DNA of 32,000 nt from an uncultured Erysipelotrichaceae bacterium. GTDB taxonomy: Bacteria > Bacillota_I > Bacilli_A > Erysipelotrichales > Erysipelotrichaceae. The first letter of the stretch is position 1; each line of letters starts with the position of its first letter. The notes below the pieces were generated by a model, which saw only the letters and a program-made list of their open reading frames with translations, had not been told where the DNA came from and did no database searches. The stretch lies in contig CAYNZZ010000001.1 in the NCBI GenBank assembly GCA_964401865.1, positions 90,001 to 122,000 of the forward strand, in the 5' to 3' direction. The translations under genes and the position numbers were made by a program. Below, piece by piece: positions 8,535 through 16,095 of the stretch.

Positions 8535-9998
8535 ATGGAGAAAAAAGAAGATTTACGCTTTTATACGACATTGTCAATTGCATTAATATTCATGTTTGGC
8601 ATGCGATATGTGCCGTCATTTCCTGGCTTAAGTGCTTCAGGGATGCAAGTGATTGGTATTTTTATTGGAGTGTTATTATTGTGGCTTACAGTTTCGATAG
8701 ATTGGCCCTCGATATTATTATTAGGAGCATTAGCTTTAGTTCCTGAACTAAAATTTAGTACAATCTTGTCAGGTTCTTATGGCAATTCAACTTTTGTTTT
8801 TTTGATGTTTACTTTCGTGATAACTTATGCTTTATCAAAGACGAGCTACATCAAAAGAATCGCATTATCATTCATCACTTCTAAGATAGCTCAAAAAGGA
8901 CCATGGCATTTTGTGATTTTATATTCGCTTTCAATTATTTTTTTAGGTATGTTTATCTCGCCAACGGTGCTATTTTTTGTATATCTGCCTATTGTTGAAG
9001 AAATTTACGAATTATTAAAGCTAAAAAAAGGCAATAAACTGGCTGCTTTATTAATGATGTCTACTGTAATTATGTGTGGAATTTCTAGCGGTATGACACC
9101 AATAGCCCATGTTTTCCCGCTCATCAGCATGGGCTTATATTCTGATATGTATGGAATGACTATTGATTATGCAAGATATATGATGATTGCTATTCCGGTT
9201 GGATTTTTGACATTTGCGTTAGTGCTTTTAGCCTTTAAATTATTTTTAAGACCAGACATGTCTTCGTTTAAAAATTTTGACATCAGCAAAATTACTGGCG
9301 TTAATAAAGAGATTAGAAGAAGTGAAAAAATCACTCTAGCAATATTTATCTTAGTTGTATGTCTATGGATTATTCCAGGGTTGATGATGTTGGTTATTAA
9401 AAGTGGTCCAATTTATGATTTTTTAAATTATTTTGATAAATTTGGTACTGCAATGCCTCCGCTTATTGGTTTGGTGCTATTATGTGTTATTAGGGTGGAC
9501 AACAAACCTTTGTTAACTATTGGTGAGGCTATGTCAAAAGGAGTTTCTTGGCCTAGTTTGATTATGTGTGCAGGAACATTAGCTTTGGGCAGTGCTTTAA
9601 CTAATGCTGATGTAGGTGTAACCGCATGGTTATCAAATGGTTTATCACCAGTTATTTCGCTTTTGTCTCCAACTATTATGGTATTGATATTCACCTTATG
9701 GGCAGCTATTCAAACTAACTTGTCTAGTAATATGGTTACAGCTACGCTTGTTACAACGGCTGCTTTAACTATTACCTCGGGAATGAATGAAATATGTATT
9801 CCTGGGCTTGTCGTAATAATAGGGATGATGGCATCGTTTTCTTTTGCCACACCGCCAGCAATGCCATGTGTAGCTGTGGCGGCAAGTAGCGGATGGACCA
9901 ATACTATGCAAATGATGAAATATGGATTTGTTGCAATGCTTATCGCTGTCGTTATATCGGTTGTCGTTGGCTATCCAATTTCACTTATGATTTTTTAA
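8535..9998 (+). CDS. DASS/SLC13-like anion:sodium symporter family permease
   Basis: 487-aa all-helical membrane protein. Two hairpin-tip-like motifs, GISSGMTPIA and LSSNMVTATL, recall the SNT motifs of DASS transporters. The substrate is unknown. Confidence 0.55.
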   Translation: MEKKEDLRFYTTLSIALIFMFGMRYVPSFPGLSASGMQVIGIFIGVLLLWLTVSIDWPSILLLGALALVPELKFSTILSGSYGNSTFVFLMFTFVITYALSKTSYIKRIALSFITSKIAQKGPWHFVILYSLSIIFLGMFISPTVLFFVYLPIVEEIYELLKLKKGNKLAALLMMSTVIMCGISSGMTPIAHVFPLISMGLYSDMYGMTIDYARYMMIAIPVGFLTFALVLLAFKLFLRPDMSSFKNFDISKITGVNKEIRRSEKITLAIFILVVCLWIIPGLMMLVIKSGPIYDFLNYFDKFGTAMPPLIGLVLLCVIRVDNKPLLTIGEAMSKGVSWPSLIMCAGTLALGSALTNADVGVTAWLSNGLSPVISLLSPTIMVLIFTLWAAIQTNLSSNMVTATLVTTAALTITSGMNEICIPGLVVIIGMMASFSFATPPAMPCVAVAASSGWTNTMQMMKYGFVAMLIAVVISVVVGYPISLMIF

Positions 9999-10012
9999 AA
10001 GGGGTAATGCAA

Positions 10013-10465
10013 ATGTTAAAAGAAGGAATTAAAGCTCCAAATTTCAAATTAAAGGATTCGTATGGAAATGTCAGAGAGTTAAGCGAATGGAAGGGTAAGA
10101 AGATAGTTTTATATTTTTATCCAAAAGATGATACACCTGGTTGTACCGCTCAAGCGTGCAGCTTCAGAGATAATTACAGTATGTATGCCGAAAAAGATGT
10201 GGTTTTAGTAGGCATCAGTAAAGATACTGTTTCTTCACATTTAAAATTTATTAATAAATATGATTTACCATTCATCCTATTAAGCGATAAAGAAAAGGAA
10301 GTATGCAGTACATATGATGTTTTAAAAGAAAAATCTATGTATGGCAAAAAATACATGGGCATAGTAAGAAGTACATACATAATTGATGAAGACGGTATAA
10401 TCATTAAGAGTATGGATAATGTTGATCCCAATACTAATGCACTTGATGTATTAAAGTATTTATAG
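10013..10465 (+). CDS. bcp: Thiol peroxidase Bcp (thioredoxin-dependent peroxiredoxin)
   Basis: Motifs APNFKLKDSYG...VLYFYPKDDTPGCTAQACSFRD. I chose the ATG at 10013 because the SD AAAGGGG (9998-10004) lies 8 nt upstream. The track start at 9893 would overlap the transporter gene. Confidence 0.9.
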   Translation: MLKEGIKAPNFKLKDSYGNVRELSEWKGKKIVLYFYPKDDTPGCTAQACSFRDNYSMYAEKDVVLVGISKDTVSSHLKFINKYDLPFILLSDKEKEVCSTYDVLKEKSMYGKKYMGIVRSTYIIDEDGIIIKSMDNVDPNTNALDVLKYL

Positions 10466-10497
10466 AATTTAAAAAGCAAGAATTTAGATTATATATT

Positions 10498-10526
10498 CAA
10501 GAGGCAAATAAAGCCTCTTATTTTAT
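10498..10526 (+). terminator. Rho-independent terminator after bcp
   Basis: CAAGAGGC, then loop AAATAAA, then GCCTCTT, followed by ATTTTAT. Confidence 0.65.
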
Positions 10527-10547
10527 ATTACGATATGCATAACATTA

Positions 10548-10576
10548 TTAAAAAAATCACAATTTTACGATATAAT
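10548..10576 (+). promoter_or_regulatory. Candidate promoter of the hydrogenase operon
   Basis: TTAAAA (10548-10553), a 17-bp spacer, then TATAAT (10571-10576), 29 nt before ATG 10606. The SD AAGGA lies at 10593-10597. Confidence 0.4.
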
Positions 10577-10605
10577 TTTATCAAGGAAAGAGAAGGATAA
10601 TAATT

Positions 10606-12072
10606 ATGGGTTTGTTTAAACATGACGCTCGAGTTTTGAAATTCGATATTTTAAGAGAAGTGGCAGAAGAAACTTTTGAAGGAAGACTTAAAGATGAATC
10701 AATACAGAAATATATCCATCAATTAGCACCGGGAAATAAAACGCAATTCAGGTGTTGTGTATATAAAGAAAGAGAAATACTTAGGCAAAGAGCTAGACTG
10801 TCAATGGGTAAAATGGCTAATGACGAAACAGTTCATCGTCCTAAGCAAATAGTACAGGTAATCAATGCAGCATGTGATGGCTGCACAATCAGAAAAATAC
10901 AAGTTACTGATAATTGCCGTAAGTGTATGGCGAAAAGTTGCATGGGAGCTTGTCAATTTGGCGCTATTTCAATGGGTGAAAATAGAGCGAGCATTGACTA
11001 TGATAAATGTCGAGAGTGTGGCGCTTGCGCAAGGAGTTGCCCTTACAACGCTATTGTAGTTACCGAAAGGCCGTGTAAAGCTTCTTGCCCGGTTGATGCG
11101 ATAGGTTATGATGAGGATGGCATCGCAGTAATAAACGAAGACAAATGTATTAACTGTGGACGATGCCAAGCGGCATGTCCATTTGGAGCTATCGAAGATA
11201 TTTCTTGGATAGTACCAGTGGCTGAACTGCTTAGAATGAAGGCTAAAATGATAGCTATTGTCGCACCATCTATACAAGGACAATTTCCTAATACCAGTAT
11301 CGGACAGATTAAAAAAGCAATCAAAATGTTAGGTTTTGAAGATGTGATTGAAGCGGCTATTGGCGCAGATATTGTTGCGTATTATGAACACGAAGAATTA
11401 AAGGAACACATTAAAGATGGCAAGACATTAACTACTTCATGTTGCCCGGCTTTTGTAAACATGGCTAAAATACATTTCCCTGAAGTGTACAAGGAAAATG
11501 TATCGACAATGGTATCGCCAATGATGGCAACCGCTTCTTTGATTAAAGAAAAATATCCTGATTATGGATTAGTGTTCGTTGGACCATGTTTAGCCAAAAA
11601 GCAAGAAGCCATGGAAGAATTCACGAGCATCGATTATGTTTTAACCTTTGAAGAAATGGCGGCAATGCTTATTGCCAAGAAAATTCATCCATCAGAGCTT
11701 GAAGATGACGAAGAAGAAAAACTAGTCACGACATTTGGTCGTAATTTCGCTCAAGGCGGCGGTGTATCTAAAGCGGTGATACAAGTCAGTCAAGAAAAGG
11801 GTGATGACTCATTTACTTCATACTATGCTGATGGAGCATTTGATTGTAAAAAACAATTAACGCTCATAAAGTTTGGTAAATTTCCATATCAGGTATTGGA
11901 AGGTATGTGTTGTGATGGTGGATGTATCAATGGTCCATGTACAATTGAGGATGCCCTTGTAACAAAAGGCAGAATGAATAAAGAAAATATGGGTCGTGAT
12001 ACTAAGATTAAAGAATCAGTTGAACACTACAATATAAAGGAAAGCGGTGTAGCTCTACACCGTGAAAAATAG
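10606..12072 (+). CDS. [FeFe]-hydrogenase, putative catalytic subunit (multi-ferredoxin N-terminus plus H-cluster domain; resembles the 'monomeric/group B' type)
   Basis: 488 aa with several CxxCxxCxxxCP ferredoxin motifs (CRECGACARSCP, CINCGRCQAACP). The H-cluster motifs are L1 TTSCCP (about 11431-11448), L2 GPCLAKKQE (11581-11607) and L3 EGMCCDGGCINGP (11899-11937). Confidence 0.85.
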   Translation: MGLFKHDARVLKFDILREVAEETFEGRLKDESIQKYIHQLAPGNKTQFRCCVYKEREILRQRARLSMGKMANDETVHRPKQIVQVINAACDGCTIRKIQVTDNCRKCMAKSCMGACQFGAISMGENRASIDYDKCRECGACARSCPYNAIVVTERPCKASCPVDAIGYDEDGIAVINEDKCINCGRCQAACPFGAIEDISWIVPVAELLRMKAKMIAIVAPSIQGQFPNTSIGQIKKAIKMLGFEDVIEAAIGADIVAYYEHEELKEHIKDGKTLTTSCCPAFVNMAKIHFPEVYKENVSTMVSPMMATASLIKEKYPDYGLVFVGPCLAKKQEAMEEFTSIDYVLTFEEMAAMLIAKKIHPSELEDDEEEKLVTTFGRNFAQGGGVSKAVIQVSQEKGDDSFTSYYADGAFDCKKQLTLIKFGKFPYQVLEGMCCDGGCINGPCTIEDALVTKGRMNKENMGRDTKIKESVEHYNIKESGVALHREK

Positions 12073-12081
12073 GAGGATAAG

Positions 12082-12339
12082 ATGATTACAGTACAGATAT
12101 GTTTGGGGAGTGCGTGTTATGTGCGCGGAAGTAAAAAAGCTGTTGATATTTTGAAGAAATCAATAAGTGAGAATAACTGGGAAGATAAAGTTGAACTTCA
12201 AGGGAGCTTCTGCAAAAAATATTGTGAAAGAGAAACCGGATTAGGTATCACTGTAAATGGTGAATATTTAGAAGGTGTTGGTATTCATAACTTAAAAGAA
12301 ATATTTGAAAGTAGAATTAATGAACTATTATGCCAATAA
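12082..12339 (+). CDS. Small thioredoxin-like [2Fe-2S] ferredoxin (NuoE/HndA-type fold)
   Basis: 85 aa with Cys pattern Cx4C...Cx3C (ICLGSAC ... SFCKKYC). A strong SD AGGAGG lies upstream. Its stop overlaps the start of the next gene. Confidence 0.7.
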   Translation: MITVQICLGSACYVRGSKKAVDILKKSISENNWEDKVELQGSFCKKYCERETGLGITVNGEYLEGVGIHNLKEIFESRINELLCQ

Positions 12340-14006
12340 TTAAGCTGAGTGAAGATAATTGTCATCATTGCATGCGCTGTGTCAGAGCTTGTCCTACCAA
12401 TGCGATGACCTATATAAACAACGAACCGGTTATTAATGAAGAAGAATGCATTTTATGTGGGAAGTGTTATGCGATATGCCCGCATAGTGCTAAAAGAGTA
12501 AGCAGTGATATAAAAATAATTCAAAACTGGATCGATAATAAAGAGAAGGTTGTTTTGAGTGTAGCACCTAGTTTTGTCCGTGTTTTTCCATCGTTTAAAC
12601 ACTTAAAGAGTTCGTTGATTGAAAAGGGTTTTTATGCGGTTGATGAAACATCAAAAGGAGCTAAAAAAGTATCGGAACAGTATTTGGCTTTGATGAATGA
12701 AGGCAAAATGGACAACATTATCTCAACTTGCTGCCCAGCTATTGTTGATTATGTTGAAAAGTATTTCCCTGAATGTGTCAAATATCTTGCACCAATAGTA
12801 TCGCCAATGATAGCTCACGCTAAAGAATTAAAAGAGGAATACGGAGATGTTAAAGTAGTATTTTTAACGCCTTGTATTGCTAAGAAAAAAGAAATTCTTA
12901 AAAAGGAAGTAGCTGGCTATGTCGATGCGACGATATCGATGGAAGAGATGATGTATTTGCTCGATGAGGATTTTTCTGGCGATATTCCGGATTATAATGA
13001 TGAAGAAAAAATGGTATCGAGAATCTATCCAAGCGGTGGCGGTGTGCTTAAAACTCTTCCAAATAGTGAGAAGTACAAGATGATCCATATTGAAGGCATT
13101 AAAAACGCCAAATCAATACTTGAGACGCTATCAAGAGGAGAATTGCATAATTATTTTATAGAAATGTCATCTTGCGATAATTCTTGTATTAATGGTCCAC
13201 TACTTGTTCATTTGAACGACAGCGAATTTAAGGCCATTGACATTATGGAAAACGAGGTTAAAAACTTAGAGCCAATCAAAGATGGAATCGCTGATGAAAA
13301 ATTAGTGACTAAGTACCAGGAAAATCCAATCGTTCCTCAAGAACACAGTGAAGAAGAAATTAAAGATGTACTTAATAAAATGGGTAAGACCAGTAAGGTT
13401 TTGGAGTTGAATTGTGGAGCTTGCGGATATGATACATGTCGCTTAAAAGCTATAGCGGTTCTTGAAAATAAAGCGGATATTAATTTGTGCCTGCCAAAAG
13501 CCTTAAAAGATGCTAAGTCATATTCTAATCTCATTATTTTAAATACTCCTAACGGCATAATTGTACTAGATGAGAATTTAAAAATTGAAGAAATCAATCC
13601 GGCTGCCAAGGCGATGTTTGAAGTTGAAAATATTAACGTGATTGGTTTACCGATCGAGATGCTATTAAACGATAATGGTTTAATGCGCAAGATTAAACAG
13701 GTTCATAATGCTCAGTTTTATAGATGCGCATACGAAAAGTATGGCTTAATTATTGAACACGCCATTATTAAAATACATGAAAGCAAGAAGATAATTCTGA
13801 TTTTAATGGACTTGACAATCGAAACCAAAAGAGAGAAGACGTTAAGTGAAATCAGAAAACAGACAATTGAAGTAACTGACAGAGTTATTGATGAACAAAT
13901 GCGTACCGTTCAGGAAATCGCTTCATTGCTTGGCGAAACAACAGCTAAAGCCAAGGTTGCCCTTAATAAATTAAAAAGAGAGCTAGAAGATGATAGAGAT
14001 ATGTAA
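12330..14006 (+). CDS. hydS: Sensory-type [FeFe]-hydrogenase (HydS-like, group C): ferredoxin domain + H-domain + Cx2Cx4Cx16C + PAS + C-terminal helix
   Basis: 558 aa with N-terminal CHHCMRCVRACP and CILCGKCYAICP. The H-domain motifs are L1 STCCP (12723-12737), L2 TPCIAKKKE (12864-12893) and L3 EMSSCDNSCINGP (13161-13199). The pattern CGACGYDTC-x16-C runs from Cys codon 13413 to Cys codon 13488. A PAS-like segment follows (NTPNGIIVLDENLKIEEINPAAKAMF...), then a helical tail. Confidence 0.8.
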   Translation: MPIIKLSEDNCHHCMRCVRACPTNAMTYINNEPVINEEECILCGKCYAICPHSAKRVSSDIKIIQNWIDNKEKVVLSVAPSFVRVFPSFKHLKSSLIEKGFYAVDETSKGAKKVSEQYLALMNEGKMDNIISTCCPAIVDYVEKYFPECVKYLAPIVSPMIAHAKELKEEYGDVKVVFLTPCIAKKKEILKKEVAGYVDATISMEEMMYLLDEDFSGDIPDYNDEEKMVSRIYPSGGGVLKTLPNSEKYKMIHIEGIKNAKSILETLSRGELHNYFIEMSSCDNSCINGPLLVHLNDSEFKAIDIMENEVKNLEPIKDGIADEKLVTKYQENPIVPQEHSEEEIKDVLNKMGKTSKVLELNCGACGYDTCRLKAIAVLENKADINLCLPKALKDAKSYSNLIILNTPNGIIVLDENLKIEEINPAAKAMFEVENINVIGLPIEMLLNDNGLMRKIKQVHNAQFYRCAYEKYGLIIEHAIIKIHESKKIILILMDLTIETKREKTLSEIRKQTIEVTDRVIDEQMRTVQEIASLLGETTAKAKVALNKLKRELEDDRDM

Positions 14007-15177
14007 TCATGTAGAAGCGTGCTACAAATCATTAAATAAATATAAAGAAGAGTTGTGCGGAGATAATGTCAGGTTAAGACGCAATAAAGATTTTTTTCAT
14101 GTGGTATTGGCCGATGGTTTGGGATCGGGTGTTAAAGCCAATATATTATCTAATCTAACATCGACCATTATTTCTGAGATGGTTTCCAGTGGCGAAGAAC
14201 TTGAAGATGTTATTGATACAATGTTACATACTCTTCCGGAATGTAAAGATAGGGGTATAGCCTATTCAACTTTTTCTATCGCTCAAGTATATAACGACGG
14301 ACTAGCTTACATTGCTGAGTTTGATAATCCAAGGGCTATCGTTTTAAGGGATGGCGAGGTTTTAAACCTTACTTATATCGACAGAATGATTTTTGATAAA
14401 GAAGTACATGAAACAGTATTTAAAACTAAAGAAGGCGATGTAATAATTCTATTTTCTGACGGTTTGATTCATGCCGGTTTAGGAAAAACACTTAATTTTG
14501 GTTGGGATCATGAACAAATTCAAGAATTCGTTAAGAGTAGTTTTAGACCTACCGATAATGTAGAAGATATGGCAAATATCTTACTTGCCAATGTCAACTA
14601 TTTATATGGCGGCGAGTGTGGCGACGATTCGACCGTTGCGATTATGAAAGTCGTTAAAGCTAAAAAGACTATGGTTATGGTTGGCCCACCGCAAGATAGA
14701 AACGATGATGAAAAGGTAGTTCAAAAATTATTGACTGCGACCGGTAAAAAGGTATGCTGTGGTGGCACTACTTCTAATATTGTCGCTAGAGAACTCAAAA
14801 AAGAAGTTACAATGGACAGCCTATCGCTATTAAGTGTCGATGTTCCGCCCATTGTTCACATTGAAGGAATTGATCTGGCTACTGAAGGGGTACTTACTTT
14901 ACAAAAAGTCGATTCATATTTGCATAAGATGGTTAAAGATAAAGGTTTGATGAAAGAGGTTCTTACATCAAAAGATCATGATGGTGCACTTGATTTATTG
15001 AGAGTCTTAATACGTGATTCAACCGAAATAACATTTATGGTTGGACAAAGTGACAATCCTGCTCATAAGGCTTTAGCTTATTCAACAATCAGTTTAAATG
15101 CCAAAAAACAAGTTATCGAAGAAATTGCGAAAAATTTAAGAATGCTTAATAAAATTGTTCATTTAGAATATTATTGA
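13990..15177 (+). CDS. PP2C/SpoIIE-family serine phosphatase with an uncharacterised roughly 170-aa C-terminal domain
   Basis: 395 aa with metal-binding Asp motifs VVLADGLGSGVKA, LFSDGLIHAG and GDDSTVAIMKV. The ATG at 13990 overlaps the end of the HydS-like gene by 17 nt. I recognised no motif in the C-terminal half (from about nt 14660). Confidence 0.8.
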   Translation: MIEICNHVEACYKSLNKYKEELCGDNVRLRRNKDFFHVVLADGLGSGVKANILSNLTSTIISEMVSSGEELEDVIDTMLHTLPECKDRGIAYSTFSIAQVYNDGLAYIAEFDNPRAIVLRDGEVLNLTYIDRMIFDKEVHETVFKTKEGDVIILFSDGLIHAGLGKTLNFGWDHEQIQEFVKSSFRPTDNVEDMANILLANVNYLYGGECGDDSTVAIMKVVKAKKTMVMVGPPQDRNDDEKVVQKLLTATGKKVCCGGTTSNIVARELKKEVTMDSLSLLSVDVPPIVHIEGIDLATEGVLTLQKVDSYLHKMVKDKGLMKEVLTSKDHDGALDLLRVLIRDSTEITFMVGQSDNPAHKALAYSTISLNAKKQVIEEIAKNLRMLNKIVHLEYY

Positions 15178-15240
15178 TATTTCATATAAAGTTCACATTA
15201 ATCACATAGTGAAAACACAATTGTTAAATATAATGATATT

Positions 15241-15337
15241 ACAGTTAGCTAATAGTTTATCCCCCTTAATATCTTTAACAAAAGCTAAACTGTTATAATA
15301 AAAAAGGTGTAGACTCCTTTCCTACACCTTTTATTTT
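15241..15337 (+). ncRNA. Candidate small RNA or structured 3' UTR with two C/U-rich (anti-SD-like) loops
   Basis: TATAAT at 15229-15234 lies 6 nt upstream. Hairpin 1 pairs 15241-15250 with 15283-15293 (10 bp, one bulge), and its 32-nt loop contains UAUCCCCCUUAA. Hairpin 2 is the terminator, whose loop is ACUCCUUUC. This rests on structure alone. It may simply be the operon 3' end. Confidence 0.25.
15303..15337. terminator. Strong bidirectional rho-independent terminator between convergent units
   Basis: AAAGGTGTAG (15303-15312) pairs with CTACACCTTT (15322-15331). An A-run lies on the 5' side and a T-run on the 3' side, so the hairpin works on both strands. Confidence 0.8.
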
Positions 15338-15402
15338 AAAAACATTAAGGTTTATATCGCCTAAATAAAGGGTGATTAAACCTTTATTTATATTTTATAT
15401 TA

Positions 15403-16095
15403 CTAATCCGGATCATCACCAATACGGTCATGTTTCATATTGGCATATACTTTAGCTAAAAATTCATCGGTATATACCTTGTCATATATTTCGCCTAAAA
15501 AAGTCATCGGCTTTTTACCTTCTAATCTTTGAGCTTGCCTAAATAGAGCAGTATATGATACAAACATATTCAACGCCATAAAGATAACCAGTATCGGAAG
15601 CATAATCTTGCCCAATTTATATGGTATCATCTCGATCAGTTTAGATAAGAAAGGGTAGATGAAACGCATAAATACTAAGCCACCAAGTCCCCAAAACAAC
15701 ATAAATGGAACAGTAGTTCGGCCACCGATGTTGAGAAACATGTTGCTATAATCCCAAGAGTTAGCGTGGAACAAAGTTTCACCAATCCAACTTAAACTAT
15801 ATTCGGCAATTCCGCCAATTAAAGCTGAATAAATATAAGTCTTCCACCAAGGTCTATTATCGTTATGTTTTCCAAGAAGCAAAGCAAAACCAGCAAAGCC
15901 AAAACCATATATCGGATTGAATGGACCATAGATAATTCCTTGCCTTGATTCCCAAATGCCCCCAGATCTTATAAAGTAAAGAATTTCTTCGTAATAGGTA
16001 CCAATGATACAACCGATAAAGAACATGAAGAATATTTTGGCAAAACACCATCCTTGAGCAAACACATTACTTTTATTAGTACCGACATCTTTCAT
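15403..16095 (-). CDS. Integral membrane protein of the 'putative ABC-transporter type IV' / DUF1113-like family
   Basis: 230 aa with six hydrophobic spans. The pattern ...YYEEILYFIRSG...GIIYGPFNPIYGFG... matches my recollection of that family. The function is unknown. Confidence 0.55.
   Translation of the reverse strand: MKDVGTNKSNVFAQGWCFAKIFFMFFIGCIIGTYYEEILYFIRSGGIWESRQGIIYGPFNPIYGFGFAGFALLLGKHNDNRPWWKTYIYSALIGGIAEYSLSWIGETLFHANSWDYSNMFLNIGGRTTVPFMLFWGLGGLVFMRFIYPFLSKLIEMIPYKLGKIMLPILVIFMALNMFVSYTALFRQAQRLEGKKPMTFLGEIYDKVYTDEFLAKVYANMKHDRIGDDPD

Noticed and set aside
9428-9901. Minus-strand ORFs (88 and 63 aa) inside the DASS transporter gene
   Set aside because: Antisense shadow ORFs.
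9893-10012. N-terminal extension of the Bcp ORF as given by the track (start 9893)
   Set aside because: It would overlap the transporter gene by 106 nt. An SD (AAAGGGG) is correctly spaced for the ATG at 10013, and Bcp homologues begin near MLKEG...
10174-10479. 101-aa minus-strand ORF opposite bcp
   Set aside because: It is antisense to a gene with an unambiguous peroxiredoxin motif.
10865-11324. Three short ORFs (64, 104 and 72 aa) overlapping the hydrogenase gene on both strands
   Set aside because: They are alternative-frame or antisense ORFs within a gene carrying canonical ferredoxin and H-cluster motifs.
12864-13690. Minus-strand ORFs (74 and 117 aa) inside the HydS-like gene
   Set aside because: Antisense shadow ORFs.
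15221-15238. TTGTTAA half-site as a Rex (redox repressor) operator near the hydrogenase operon
   Set aside because: Only one half of the TTGTTAA-N4-TTAACAA-type palindrome is present, and it lies downstream of the operon rather than upstream.
15348-15384. Second hairpin AAGGTTTA...TAAACCTT as a dedicated terminator of the minus-strand gene
   Set aside because: It is an 8-bp, mostly A/T stem (two G-C pairs) with a 21-nt loop and a poor T-run. The adjacent strong bidirectional terminator explains termination adequately.
15863-16051. 62-aa minus-strand alternative-frame ORF inside the 15403-16095 gene
   Set aside because: It is in a different frame of the same strand within a longer ORF that has a recognisable family pattern.
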